Positions 28,601-42,705 of a stretch of 64,000 nt of DNA are shown piece after piece. The notes beneath the pieces were generated by a model. That model was not told the origin of the DNA and searched no databases. It saw nothing but the letters and a program-made list of their open reading frames with translations. Source of the DNA: Lytechinus pictus. Lineage: Eukaryota. The stretch spans positions 23,624,001-23,688,000 of the forward strand of contig NC_087245.1 in the NCBI RefSeq assembly GCF_037042905.1. The letters run 5' to 3'. How positions within the stretch are numbered: position 1 is the stretch's first letter; each line of letters starts with the position of its first letter. Position numbers and translations under genes: made by a program.

Positions 28601-29730
28601 TATGAAGTTTTTGTTAGTTACATTTGAAATGATATTGTCAATGAGGGTTTTAGACGTACTTGATATTCGTGTCGGATTACTAATATGCGGGTGGAAAGAG
28701 TATGAAAGCAATGAGCTAATAAATTTTAGAGTGTAATTATTGTCAGTATTAATAAGATTAATGTTATAATCTCCCATTATGTAAATGTCTTTATTTTCCC
28801 GAGAAATAAAACTAAGACATTGATCGAGCTTATCTAAAAACAAATCAATGTCACCATTTGGGGGTCTGTACACATTACCTACGATTATGTTTTTATTTTT
28901 ACTGTTTAAAATTTCAATGAAAATATCCTCCGTGCCTTGGATATGTATATCTGCCCTTACTTTAAAATGTATATCATTGCGCGTGTACAAGGCAACGCCA
29001 CCCCCTTTACCATGATCATGGTCAGAACGAATCATTTTATAATTATCAATGTTAAATAGAGGTGGTGAGTTTTTGTGCAGCCAAGTTTCTGATATACCGA
29101 TAATAGAGAAGGGGTAATTGTTAATATTGGAAAGGAGTAATTCAATCGAATCAAATGATTTATTTAAACTTCTAGCGTTGATGTGCAAAAAACCTAAAGA
29201 ATGACTAGACAAAATATGATTTTGGTCACTAGCAATGCTGTTAAAAGATGTGTTGGTTTCGGTTGTAGTAACAGAATCATTCGGTGAAACGTTGAATTTA
29301 TTATTAAAATCTTCTATTGTGAAATATTTACTTTCTGAGTCTATCATGTCTTGGTCATGCATGCTTTCGTCACGGGGTATCATTTAGACTTTTTGAATGA
29401 AACCGTATTGTGGATGAAGAACTGTGTTGTGAACTGAGGGTAGGTGTGTGTGAGTGTGAGTGTGCGTGTATGTGTATATGTTGTGGTTGGTAGATTGTGA
29501 CGGGTTGTGCGAGTGCGGGAGTGAATGTGTGTGCGCACGGGTAATAACAGGGGAACATACTTGCATGGAGTGATATGATGCATGACATGAAAAACAAGCG
29601 GCTTGGGCACGATAGAATACCATGTCCAACTGAGATGCTCCTTAAGTGGATTTTTGTAACTTGCAATAGGAAAAAAAACAAAAAACTCTACTTAGCTTAG
29701 AAATACAAATTGTTAAGGACGGTCGTAAGC
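25661..29730 (-). mobile_element. Non-LTR retrotransposon, CR1/L2 group (Crack/Daphne-like), lacking ORF1; 5' boundary approximate
   Basis: APE+RT ORF2, about 700-nt 3' UTR with a stem-loop near 25869-25910, and an (AAAAT)n tail at 25661-25684. Confidence 0.9.
26369..29383 (-). pseudogene. LINE ORF2 (AP endonuclease + reverse transcriptase), about 1004 codons, two in-frame stops
   Basis: APE motifs HINARSL, ISETW, VYRPP, MGDYNINL, SDHLPI. RT motifs QFGFR, DLSKAFDT, GVPQGSILGP, FADD. The three supplied ORFs share one frame, broken by TAA (28156-28154) and TGA (27043-27041). Confidence 0.95.
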
Positions 29731-29739
29731 ACCGAGTGA

Positions 29740-29853
29740 CAGTGGCGGACCGCGACCCGGAGGAGACAAAGCACCGGAGGGGCACAGCATTGTTCACAAA
29801 CAATACAGTGCCCCTCCAATGCCCCGTCTCCTCCGGGTCAGGGTCCGCCACTG
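29740..29853. mobile_element. 114-bp hAT-like MITE, fully hairpin-forming
   Basis: CAGTGGCGGACC / GGTCCGCCACTG termini with a perfect 8-bp TSD ccgagtga (29732-29739, 29854-29861). Confidence 0.9.
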
Positions 29854-32281
29854 CCGAGTGAATTAATTCAAATAAGTATGATAAAATTTATGTTTACGAC
29901 AGTCTATCCTCTCCGCCAATGTGTACCGTGTTTTGTTGGAATATGGAAAAAAAAGTTACCAGGCATTTTTATTTTTGTATAGGTTTGGTTTCAGAATCTA
30001 TACATATTAAGCATATAACATGGTCAAAAAGGATTTGGTGGAGAAGTTAGAATTGATAAAACTCTGGAATTGTTTCCTTTGGCTAGTATTCGTTTAGAGA
30101 CTCATGTAACAATACGAGAACACGCTCGAAACGCTTAAGAACATGAAACATTTGATGTGGTTATGCCTCTTAAAACGAAAAATGATCGTTACTGTAAATA
30201 CAAAGAACAGTCTTGGTAGGGCTTGTATTATTATACATCTCCACATGGATGGAATACCGGAGCCTGCATAAAGCACTGAACGCTAAATTACTAAATTAAG
30301 TGTCTCCACTCTGATAAGCAGAAAGAATGGAAAGCGTTTCACACCTCATGGCAATCTTGCTGATTTGTGAAAGGGTATACAGAGCATGTCTTTATCAAAT
30401 GGCCAGTACTGATCTGGCTAAGTTTGTTTAACAAGGTATTATCCCTATTTTGAATAAAGTAAATATCCCAATTGTTGATTACATTTATACTTGTAGTTAT
30501 GCGACACTAGTTAACAAATGCAAGTAATTGTGAGATTAATAGGGTTTCTTATAGCCATCGTTCTGTATTTGGTATTAGCATGTCACATATCTTCTTTTTT
30601 TTGGGGGGGGGTGCTCCATAAATAGAAGTATCAGCTTCTTCTCTCCTGTAAGCGGATAGACACTTAAAAAAGTACATTATGTTATGAAATATGGCTTTAT
30701 GATATAATATATATAGAATTTGGTTATAGGTTTGTTTTATACCGGTGTATAACCGGGATCAGGTATAAAGGAAAATCATTTCAGGTAAGTATACATGATG
30801 CATAAATCCATTCACAAATCCGTGATTCATAAATTCATTTTTGCACATGTACATGTAGATGAATGTGTTACTGAAAAAAAAAACGTATTTTGTAGCTCAA
30901 TGAATTTAAATAAAACAATCCATACATCACTTGTAATGATATTTAAGATATTTATGTGAATTTATGGCAGTGATTAATCGGTTTTTTTTGCCAGTTAATA
31001 TCACGAACCAAAGATTACCAATGTTCTTCCAGTACATAAGAATCTGACAATGACATGTTTAAAAGGACATATTGAATGAAGTTAGGGATTGAATTGTGTG
31101 CAATCGGTTGCTGAGATCCTGACAATGCTCAAATCCTATAATGCAAATCCCCCTAAATCCTGAAATTACTATCATTCACCCTGTATTTCATCGCACATCC
31201 TGTAACTGCAAAAGGCTACATGATATGCCCTGTATTTTTTTTACTTTTTATTCTGAGTATTTAAAAGCAAAATATACATATATACAGTACAAGTCTGATT
31301 TTAGATGTTTGAATGGAAACTACATGTTTTCCATATGTAGTCAATTCAAAATTTTAATATCCCATTCTCTTTGCCATATTTTTGAATATGTTGCAGGTCC
31401 TAAATAGGGCAAGGTTTCTATATATCAGGCATATTTCGATACAGCACAATGGCGGAAAAATAAATAAAAACGGGCACGACAGATCTCCAAAGCCAATGTG
31501 AGGGGCATGTAGTGTTTTCAGAGCGCCTCATCAAAGTTCATCAGTTCCAGGTATTTTCTCATTTTTCTGATTGGGAAATTTGCCCTGATCTACATGTACC
31601 CCGATCAGAAAATACCCAGCAATTTTGGCAGTGTGAAGCAGATTACGCGTTAGAAAGAAAATACCAGTTAAATAGTAGGTACTTGTTGTTGAAATTACAA
31701 GAACTTTTGCGGGTATTTTTCCAAGGTCGCAGGTATTTCGGCAGTGTGAAAGCAAATTACAGGAACTAGCATGTCGTTGGGCACGGGGGCCGTGGGTGGC
31801 TGCTGGGCTAGCGAATTTGATTCCCACACCTTGCTTGCTTGGTGACATGACATTTTCTCCTGTGGCAATTGCTCAGGGCTTATTTCATCTATTAAGATGT
31901 GGGGTTAGGGTTAGGATTACAATGGGGTTTTATGTTAGGTTTAGGGTAGGGTACAATGTTAGACCCAGGATTGAAGTTGGTCATTTGATACATGTGTGGA
32001 ATTTACAGCGGAGCAAATGTCACGAAACCACCTGCTTATCAGACCATACTGCGCATGCTAGTAACTTTGAGAACTTTAACACCCAAAAAGTGACTTCTTC
32101 AGGTTGCTTTGAATGCGGAAAATAATTATCGGGTATTTTCGAGCCTGAACAAGTTCTCGTATTAAATTTGACGGTTACTCTGGTGATATATGAAGTGGCC
32201 TGAATATCATACTTCTGAGACTCTGCATTATGCACTACATGAAGACCATGTATTTGTGTCTGCAAAGTGATCTGAGCTTAC

Positions 32282-32437
32282 CGCCTGTGTGAAGTTCGTC
32301 ATCAGTTCATCAGTGCCTTGGGCTCGAACATCATCATAAGATCGCAGATATGGGGTGTCGAGGACAATTGCACCTGTGAAGGACCCTCTGACTGGAGGGC
32401 CGAATGTTGTGGGTGCCGGTGTCGGCTGGGTTGTTGT
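32282..32437 (-). CDS. Coding exon 3/5: Thr/Pro stalk end and start of SEA-like domain
   Basis: tctcatttcag|ACA...GCG|gtaagc; 156 nt, phase 0 to 0; TTTQPTPAPTTFGPPVRGSFTGAIVLDTPYLRSYDDVRAQGTDELMTNFTQA. Confidence 0.88.
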
Positions 32438-32990
32438 CTGAAATGAGAAATGACAAATTTTTCAATTCTTAATAGGAACTTCGAAAATGGAGGAAGGGCG
32501 ACTGCCGTTAATCTGGGGTGAATCCAATTACCCTCGTTCAACGGAGACAAAATCAGATCAGACTCTGGAATACTGACCGACTGACTCCCTGGTCAACCTT
32601 GCACTGCTAGTGAAAGCTTTTTCTTAGAAATTTAATTGTATTTTTCTGCAGTACGTGCATTAATATATTATCAATGCTTTATCTTGGAAAGAAATGTGGC
32701 CAAGTTTAATTCCTATAACCTCCAGACATCCTTCTGAATATTTTTGAAGTTATGAACCTAAAATGTGTACACTGGGATTTATGTTCAGTTATCACAAATT
32801 TTAGTTTATTGTACTTAACTCACAGTATACCAAGGTAATCTTTTCTTTTCAAATGGCCCTTTTTTCTTTAATTTATTTTGTATCAAATGTACTGGGAATT
32901 AAAGAGGGCAAGTCATCATACATTGTATGCCCCTCCCCAAAACAGATCTTATAAATAGGGCCTAATTTTTATGGTAATTATAATATTTAA

Positions 32991-33573
32991 AGGAGAATGA
33001 AACTCTTAGAGCAAGTTAGCTTTTGTGAAAGCAGAAAAATCAAAGAATAAGATCAACAAAAGTTTGAGTAAAATAGGACTAGCAATAGAGAGTTATGAGC
33101 ATTTGAATGTCGAGATCACTAATGCTATGGAGATCCTCCTATTGGCAATGCGACCAAGATCTATGATGTCACAGATGAACAACTCTCCCCTTTTGGACAC
33201 TGAAAATGTACCCCAAAACATCTCTTTTTGCTCATTCTAATCATATGACAACGATTCATCAATGATATAATGTTGTGAAACCTCTGTACTTGTCCTCTCA
33301 TAAAGAGAACACCTCACCTTGTGATAGACTCTATAAAAGTGAGAATATAAGTGAAATAAGTACTAAAGTAATGAGGGAGTTGTACGTGTGTGACATCACA
33401 GATCTTGGTCGCATTGCCAATAGGAGGATCTACATGGCATTAGTGATCTCAATATTCAAATGCTCATAACTTTCTTATTATTCATTCAATCTTCCTCAAA
33501 CTTTCAACAATATGTTTCTTTGATTTTTTCTCTTTGATATGGATTCAGCTGGTTTCAAGGGTTTCATTCTCCT
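32991..33573. mobile_element. Palindromic MITE with TTAA TSD (Kolobok-like)
   Basis: ttaa|aggagaatgaaac ... gtttcattctcct|ttaa, with internal inverted arms. Confidence 0.9.
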
Positions 33574-33597
33574 TTAAAACTAGTTGTTTGAATGCAC

Positions 33598-34187
33598 AAG
33601 GTGAAGAGAAGTCCACCCCAAAATAAGAAAATTTTGTTATGTGCATACATACATGTATGACATCAAAATAGCACTGAAAATTTTTTCATCAAATTGGATG
33701 TACATGTAAATGAGAAAGTTACAGCATTTTTAAGTTAATGTTATGCTTATTTTTTTGCAAAACAATTACACTACATGTATATATGCACTACTCAGTGTTA
33801 TACATTATAAGAGTCGATGTCCCTCAGTCACTATTTCTTTTGTTTGTCTGTTTGTTTTTAATTATACAATATTTCATTTTCTACTAATATGACAATAAGG
33901 ACCAATATGACTGAACTATAGAATGTTAATAAAATGGTAATTCCACATGTTCAGGGGAAAATAAAACTTTCGTTTCATATGACAATGAGGAGAACTAAAA
34001 TCAGGACCCTCATTTGCATACCGACCAGGATGTTCAACTGTTTTGTGAAATTAAGCAAAATTTTAAAAATGTCACAACTCTTTTATATTATTTTTATGTA
34101 AATCTAATTTTAATGTCATTTTCAGGGTAGCTGGATTTATCTCTTTTTATTCATATCAACTTTTTGTTGGGTGGACTTGCCCTTTAA
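33598..34187. mobile_element. Degenerate TTAA-type MITE (AAGTCCACCC termini)
   Basis: aagtccacccc ... gggtggacttgccctttaa; related copies at about 43190-43646 and 55319-55938. Confidence 0.7.
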
Positions 34188-34438
34188 AATATGGTTTTGC
34201 TTTATTCAGATACGGGTACAACGATATGTAAATTATTTCATTTCAAAATGTAATTTTCATTTGCAAACTGCCTGTGCATATTGTGGTGTGAAAATTTAGC
34301 AAACCAATAGTATAGAAGTTGAGGGATAGTACATGTATGTTTGTATAGATTTTTGGTCTTGACACAACAGCAATTTCAAGAACTTTGCTAGCAATGTTTT
34401 ATAAAATGTTTGAAAGTAATATACATGGATAATACAAA

Positions 34439-34933
34439 CAGTGTTGTGTCCGAGGACAAAGGCAAGGCCAAGGCCGGATTGCCCGAGCCAACGCCAAGGC
34501 TGGCCCACCTGAGGACAAGGCCAAGGCCGGAAGGGTCGAGGCCAGACCGAGGCCGAATATTCCAATACAAGGCAAACATTTTTTTTACAGTACTAGCATG
34601 CACATGTGCAAGTCGAGTCTCTGTCACATCATTGTCGGTGCAGCATGCATGCAGAGCAGCTGCGCTGACTGAATTGGCTTTGACATCAAGAATAAAATAG
34701 AAAGACAAAAGAAAGTAAGAAAGGAGGGCAGGTGGATGGGCGTACTCGACAGTCCACTCTCTCTCTATTATTTTCAATACTATTTTAGAGAATCTGATGA
34801 CATTCTGCATTTGCACACCCTAAAATTTTCCCAGTCTTGACCGGCCTTGACCCGAGGATTAACCTCCGTCCTCGAGGACGAGGACGATTTTGTAGCCTTG
34901 AGGCCTAAGTCAGCCTTGAGACCCACAACACTG
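34439..34933. mobile_element. MITE with CAGTGTTGTG termini and (CCA/CGA)AGGCC subterminal repeats (hAT-like)
   Basis: cagtgttgtg / cacaacactg ends; no clear TSD. Confidence 0.65.
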
Positions 34934-36888
34934 ATTACCTCGACCTTCACAACTATTTATACTTTATTTGATGCAAGTACATGTAGACTCTAATGCATGT
35001 TGAAAAACCCTCAACCCATCCCCTCCCCAAAAAATATATAAATAATTTTTTTTAATCCTACATCAAACAATTTCAATCATGTTTGGAAAGAGCAACGTGT
35101 AAATTGGAATATTGGATGCTAGAAAATATGAGCCAAACAAGGGCAGAGATGTCACAAACGCTTGTAAATGTATCATTTCATATCTAAAGACCTGAAGCAA
35201 GAGACTAAAACAGGAAAAACAGGTGAAATGAAAGCAAGAGGAATTTTGGCAAAAGTCCATCGTCAAAGGAAAACAATTATGGATGTTTATTTTTTGAGTT
35301 TATAGTGAAGTCAAATGTGAGAAGCACCTCCATGTGTCATGTGATGTAAATTCCATGATGTAATGCTGTTTTCTCAACAACAGCAAATTGGAAATGATAT
35401 TTGCTTCCTGAAGTTCCTGTAGTCTGGATATCAGTGCATCATTCAGTACATCATCAGACATGTCTTTTCATAATGAAATGGCATAACACCCATCCCATAA
35501 CAAAAGGAAGTGATTCTGTGGAAATGAGTAAATTTAAGTTCATGAGGAAAATGTGTTACTTGCAAAATGGAAATGGGGGGGGGGGGGGGTATGGGACTCC
35601 AGTTCCTTTCATAGCATCCACCATGTGGAGCATACAGGAAATATCCCAACTAAAAAAAAATCAGAGTTGCTTCCTTTTGTCATGCGATGGCACATCCATG
35701 ATGATATGCTGTACAATATGGGGCCAGCCACTGCGCACATATGATACATGTCATAATTCAACATTTTTACGGTTCCTGATAGCCAATGGATTTTCGTCAG
35801 CTCTCCACTAAAATGCAAACCTTCATTCAATATTCTGCTTTCATTAAAACCAACTTGATGTCAGGATGGATTTCCAATGAAAATTCTGTACATACTGTGG
35901 CAATACCTACATGTGAATGTATACTGACAAAGTATTAACGAAACATAATGGATTATCTTCTAATGTGTCAAATGGGGTCTGATCCTGCAGAGGCACAGAC
36001 TACAGCATGCTAACTGATCTGACTTGCACCGCTCCTACATGTAGTACAGTAGCTGATGGGCCTGGGGATTCCCAAAATTTCTCACTGAATCTATTGTTAC
36101 ACTGAGTGTTACAAAATAATATTTTATAAAATGCATACATTTCACTTTTTTACTGCCTCCTGATGACTATTTTTTTTTCTTTCAGGAAGGAGGGGGAGGT
36201 AAAATAATGTGTCTAATAAATACTGAAGGTACAATAACAACCATTTTCAATTAGTTGAGAATACAACGTTTCATCATGTTTTGTATTGTACTTCCCGATG
36301 AGGGGAAACTGCTTGCATTTGACGTCACAAATAAACAAAAATTGAAATTCTGATAACTTTTGTATTACATTTGATGAATTTTCTTTAAAAAGTCAGTAGG
36401 CAGGTCCTCAAAAAGTAGCTTCATTTATTCGAGTGATATTCATGACTAGAGAGGTTTTGCATATTTAATGAGCTGGGTGCGGACCAAAATACCTCTTTTT
36501 TAATTCGGTCATTACTGCTCTCACTATATAAAATTTAATAATTTTGGTATCATTGTAAAGAAGAAGAATCATTCTTTCAGGTCATGTGTTTGAATTTATT
36601 TAAATACTTTGTGATGTACGTGAAAGTTTTGATCCAACACATGCTACAAAATTATTATTCATACCTGACAAAAGTTGTTTTACACTTAATTTTGATTTGA
36701 GCCAAAATGATTCTTTTATCATGATAAAGCTGAAGATCTAAGCTTTAATATGATGATAGGTTGTAAAAGGAGAGGTGTTGGAAATGGGTCAGAATCCACC
36801 TATTAATATGCCAAGTATATTTTGCAGCTTAAAAGCAAGAATATTCCAACAGCTTCCACTCCAGGGCCTATCCAAGGTCACACTCATC

Positions 36889-38520
36889 TATGGCAAGCCA
36901 TTGCAGACAATATTATTTATGTTCAAGAAGAAAAATTATATGAAACCAAATATGAAATTATATGTTCAAGATGAAAAAAACATGCAACAAATGCAAAATA
37001 TATGTATTCAAGACAAAAAAATATTCAAGATAGCTACGTAAAATATTAAGGCATGATATATATGCAAGACACAAAAATATATGCAAGGCACAAAATATTT
37101 GCAAGACAAAAATATGACAAGACACAAAAATATATGCAAGGCACAAAATATTTGCAAAACACAAAATATATGCAAGACACAAAAATATATGCAAGACACA
37201 AAATATTTGCAAGACACAAAATATATGCGAGACACAAAAATATATCCTATGCAAGGCACGAAATATTAGCAAGGCTCAAGATATATGCAAAGCACAAAGC
37301 ACCAAATATTTGCAAGGCTCAAGATATACATGACTGCAAAGCACAATATATATATAAAAGAAACAAAACTATGTGCAAGAGCAAGACAAAAAATACATGC
37401 AAGACTTCATATACATGTACATGTATATAATAAAAAAAAACATAGATGCACTACACAGAATATATGTAACACAAAAAGCAAGACACAAAAATATATGCCA
37501 GGTACAAAATATTTGCAAGGCTCAAAATATATGCAAGGCACAAAATACATACATGTATATGAAAGACTCCAGATATTATGCAAGAAACAAAATAGATTTA
37601 AACCACATAATATATGTAAGACACAAAATATACGCGATAAACAAATTATTTGCAAGGCACAAAATGCAAGGCTTGCCATGATATGCAAGCCGCTCATTTA
37701 TTTTTATTCAAGACATAAATTATGTTCAAGCCTGACAAAATATGTTCACGCTTGACAAAATATGTTCAAGGATTTTAGTCTCTTCTCAAGACTTACACCG
37801 TTTGGGTGGGGGCTGGCGCGTCATCACATTAAGGGGAACACACCCTTTATCCCAAAGCGCCCCCCCCCCCCCATTTGCCAAAAGGGTGCTTTTTTATTAC
37901 AATCAATTATAGCCAATTCGGCTAATACACCCAATTTGTCTAAAGCCTGGTACGGGACCAGACAAAAACTGATATGTTTTTTTTTTGTCATTAAAACTCT
38001 GTGAATTGGAAAAAGCTGGAAATCTCTCATTATCATGTTTTCATGACCTTGGCATTCATTAACTTTACATTTTCAGAAGATAAAAAATAGAAGACAAAAA
38101 CTTCAGAGTATAAGCTTCAAAATTACATGCAATATGTTAAATTTAGGCAAAGATTTAATTTTGGCTTCAGAGGGGACAATAGCTTGGACCTGCCAATATA
38201 TTATGTGTTGTGCATCTATTTTGTTTCTTTATTACATGTATATATCTGAAGTCTTGCAAATATTTTGTGCCTTGAAATCTATTTTTGTGTCTTGCATATA
38301 TTTTTGTCTTGCAAATATTGCATGCCTTGAATATATTTTTGTGTCGTACATAAAATCATGTCTTTATATTTTATGTGTAGATATCTTGAATATTTTTGGT
38401 CTTGAATACATATATTTCATATTTGTTGCATACATTTTTCTTCATGAACATATAATTTCATATTTTGTTTGATATATATTTCTTCTTGAACATAAATAAT
38501 ATTTTCTTCAATGGCTCACC
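36889..38520. repeat. Minisatellite-bearing foldback element (about 20-bp GCAAGACACAAAATATAT units) with an inverted copy
   Basis: tatggcaagccattgca at 36889 and tgcaaggcttgcca at about 37665-37678. The region about 38250-38515 is the reverse complement of about 36896-37150. This explains the repetitive Cys/Ile/Phe ORFs here. Confidence 0.8.
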
Positions 38521-38532
38521 ATTGCCAAATTA

Positions 38533-38758
38533 CCTGGGGGGTGTTTCACAAAGATTTAAGTATGACTTAGGTCGCACTTAAATGTCGACGCGTTCACTAT
38601 ATGCAACACGCAATCTTATTGATCAATACGGAGTAGTGCGCGTCCTCTTGGCATGATCTGACCAATGCTGTCATGCCTTTTATACTGCGCGCAACTAGAC
38701 ATTTAAGTGCGACTCTAAGTCATACTTAAATCTTTGTGAAACACCCCCCCCCCCCTGG
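38533..38758. mobile_element. Palindromic MITE
   Basis: gggtgtttcacaaagatttaagtatgactta ... taagtcatacttaaatctttgtgaaacaccc; a decayed copy lies at about 16160-16355. Confidence 0.85.
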
Positions 38759-39399
38759 ACATGTTGTGAAATATTATCCAGCCAATCAGAACTCTGGATT
38801 TCATGCTACTCATAAATCTAAAAACTCTTGTCTTGTATCTTATTGTTAATTGCTGGATCCTGACCTATTTCCAAGGTGCAACATACCAATCTATATTATT
38901 TTAGCTCAAAATTAAGAGTTTTGCACAATTTGCAAGAGAATTTAACAGAAGAAGAAAATTATGTTTTGATACATCTTATCAGGCTTAAAATTCACCTATA
39001 TCAAAATGTTTAATTCAAAATAAATGACCATTATAAAAGAGTAACATTTACACTTTCCAATGATGCAACAAAATTTTATTCACTTGAAGATAAAGTGAAT
39101 AAATTCTTTGAGAAAAAGTCTCACAATTCACAAGATTCTGCAGGGAGGTGAATTCAGCCACGGGATGGTTAGAATGAATCTTGCTTATTTGCTCATGAGC
39201 ATAGGGCTCTGCAGTCTGGCTGAAAACCTTTCAGTATTCATTTTTTCAGCTTTTTTTCAATAAACTTTATGTAGGAATAACTCTCCCTATATAAAAGTAG
39301 CCTTTAAATATTTTGCACACTAGTATATAACATTTTAATTATTTTATGATATTGTTCACATTATGACCCTTTTCTCATACTGGAAACTAGTTTCACGTG

Positions 39400-40089
39400 C
39401 AATGGGTGATTTCAAGTACGGTGTTGAAATCTGGTGTTGGTGTTGTGACAACACCAACACCAGATTTCAACACCGTACTTGAAATCAGGCTGGTGTTGGG
39501 ATTGACCTCGGAAAATATGACGTATTTCCGGCAGTTTGTGTTGAATGCTGGTGTTGAATGTCATCTGCTGAACCCAGCACTGCGGCTGGTGTTGATGATC
39601 TACGTGCAATTTCCCCATTCACCAACACCAACCCCCAGGGATTGGGAAAAACATGAAATCAAGTTCGGTGTTGGTGTTGGCAATCTCAAGCTCGTGAACG
39701 GGCGGCGAACACGATGAAACATCCCCGTAAAATTAGCTTTTACAGTTAAGATGAGTACAAATCATTTGAGCTGTATATATTATGATGAAGAATAATGTTC
39801 ACTCTTTCGAATTCTTGAATTAATTAAAACATTGGTATTCTGTACGATGAGAATTTAATGCACTTCTCTCCGATTTCATTTTCGTCGTCGAGACTTCTCG
39901 CGTGAAGTTGAGATGATTTAGCAGCGCAGCGCAGAGGCGTGACGTCATGTGTTATCGATAACGCAATCAGTATCATTCCTCTGAACCCAGCTCGGTGTTG
40001 GAGCTCGGTGTTGGAGCTCGGTTCAGTGGCCTTTTTACGCTCTCAACACCAACACCAACCCCGAACACCGAACTTGAAATCACCCAATG
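39400..40089. mobile_element. MITE with TGGGTGATTTCAAGT termini and GGTGTT repeats
   Basis: tgggtgatttcaagtacggtgtt / aacaccgaacttgaaatcaccca; a decayed fragment lies at about 18205-18495. Confidence 0.8.
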
Positions 40090-41563
40090 AGAATGCTCGA
40101 AGCCGTCTTGGAAGCTATCTTTCACACCAGTTCAGAAAACTACCTTGCAATAAAATTGCTTTGCCTCATTAAACTGATTTTAGCATAAGTGAGAACCATT
40201 CTTCAGAAAGCAATCTACAAACAATTTGAGCTCGCTTCTCCACACACTGTGAGTAGAATGTCTACACTGCGGTTTTGAATTTCACACGAAACATTTCCCC
40301 CACTGAGGGCGTTCCCGTAGCAACAAAACCGCTTCACATGAAGTGGTTTTAAAAACCACCTTCGGGTGATCAAATGAGAACGGTAGCAAAGCGATCTTCC
40401 AAACAGGTTTCCTGGAACGGGTTTCCAGTTTTCAAAAGTATAGTGAGAACGGGGTGGAAGATGCAATGAAAACATTGTAACATCATGCAAGCAATGGCCA
40501 AGGTTCTGAATATTGATACATGCAGGTATTGCAAGGTATTGAAACATGCATGTACTGTAAAACTATGCTACTGTATATTGCAAATGACAGCATTAAATCA
40601 GCAATTAGCAGTGATCTAACTCCATTCTCAATTTTCAAGGATTGTGTTCCTTGTCACAAACTTTGACCTGTATGTATATGTACAGTGTACAATCCTATAA
40701 AATGGGTCTCCAATAAAAGCAAATGTGCACAGTCAAAACAACAGTATCATCCCCATAATATCAAAATTTAATGAAATTCTGTACAGAAGTCTGATGGGGA
40801 AATGAAAGTGAAATGTGAAAAAGAAATTGTGCAATTCTGCAAAAGGGGTTTACAGTGATTTCGCAATTAGGGTGTGTTGCAAGAAATTAAATATTATTAG
40901 TGATCAAAGATAAATAACAATTGATAACTGGGACAAAGTGTATGAAATCGATATACATGTTGTGGTTAAAGCACACCTGCAATCTATGATAAAAACTACT
41001 ATAGTTTAAAGCCACCAGTCACTTTCCCCAAGAGACTATTCTTGACAAAAAATATTTTGCAAGATGTTTTACAAACTACAAGGACAGATGGACAGAAGAA
41101 CATCTGCATCAATGCCTCCCAATGGTGGAGCTATAGAATGTGTTTTTGAAAGTCATATTTGAAAAAAAAAAAAGCCCCATGGATGCTTAGTGTACAATTG
41201 AATAATTTGGGGGATAATTCTACTGGGTTTAGATATACACATGATAATGTAAATTATCAGACATGCATGAACCTTCGTGTATATGTAGTCCAAGTACAAA
41301 AAAAAAAGCCATGTCACTTGAAATGATAATTACCATAGCACTTACAGACTTAATAGTTGATTGTGTAGCAGCTCCCTATAACAAAACATAACAAAACAAA
41401 ACAAAAATCCATCAATCAACCACAGGCAAGCCATTTAAAATAATAATATAATAATAAAATAATAATAAGTTCTGTCACGAAACTCTCCAAATATTTCAAT
41501 ATCCATGATTTTTTTACTGTTAAAATCATAATAGTCTGGATCTCTGGGAACCTTCAATATACA

Positions 41564-42213
41564 TGTATACCTGACTCATCCCTCTGTGAAGTGTACTGAA
41601 ATGTACTTACATGTACATTATCACCAATTCACCACAACTGTGAGTCAGAAAATGGGTTTCAGCTAGGGGGCTTCAATCTGGTTTGGGCCCTTCCCCCCCC
41701 CCCCCCCCCCCCGCCTCCTCGGTTATTATAATTTACCCCACGGAGCCAATGGACAGAAGTACACGCAAGTTTATATATTTGACTTGTTCGTCTAGGTACA
41801 TACATTATAAAAAATATACTGTAGAGAGTATAATCTGACGGGCAACGCAATTGCAGTGCAGCTGGCATGAGTCCTAAAAAAATGCCTGTATACCTGACTC
41901 ACCCCTCTGTGAAGTTTACTGAAATGTACTGAAATGTACATTATCACCACAACTGTGAGTCAGAAAATGGGTGTCAGCTTGTGGGCTTCAATCTGGTTTG
42001 GGCCCTTCCCCCCCCCCCCCCGCCTCCTCGGTTATTATAATTTACCCCACGGAGCCAATGGACTGAAGTACACGCAAGTACACGCAAATTTATAAGTTTA
42101 TAAGTTGACTTGTACGTCTAGCTATAGGTACATACATTATAAAAAATATACTGTAGATTGTATAATCTGACGGGCAACGCAATTGCAGTGCAGCTGGCAT
42201 GACTCCTAAAAAA
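41564..42213. repeat. Intronic tandem duplication, two units of about 325 bp
   Basis: Unit 1 41564-41886 and unit 2 41887-42213 are near-identical apart from small indels and poly-C length. Confidence 0.95.
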
Positions 42214-42705
42214 TGTACATGTAGTTGTACAGTACGTTAGGCCAGCTAGGTACATGTACAGGTACATCTTATGAAATCATGATTTTAATTATCATATTTT
42301 CATACATGTGTGTATTATATGCATCCCTTGTAACAAAATAAGTTGTAGATTATCTTAATGCATTGAATCATTCGTCAACCTATTTACCGTCATTCTTGGT
42401 GGACAAAGTTTGAATATATATTGCATAATAAAAAGCATACATTGAGGGATATGACATCATCAGCTTGCTTTAATAGAGACATGCACAGAACCGTTTAACT
42501 AAAATAATGCACAGCTTTCAAATGTCATTGTCATTTTTAGTGTCTTGTTTGTAACTCTCTTACTGTTCAAATCATAGTATTTTCAACCTGAGCTACCCCT
42601 TTTTTTATAACGAAAAGACGAGGATAATAAGGAAAGATCTGGTTTTCCTGAGGATTTGAAAGTGAAACTACATGTAAACTAAAATAATATCTAGACCGTA
42701 CTTAC

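Noticed and set aside
31900..31955. Telomere-like ggttagggttagg
   Set aside because: Only a few degenerate units inside a small interspersed repeat; not a telomeric array.
36958..37755. Cluster of overlapping repetitive ORFs on both strands
   Set aside because: Translation of a ~20-bp minisatellite inside a foldback element.
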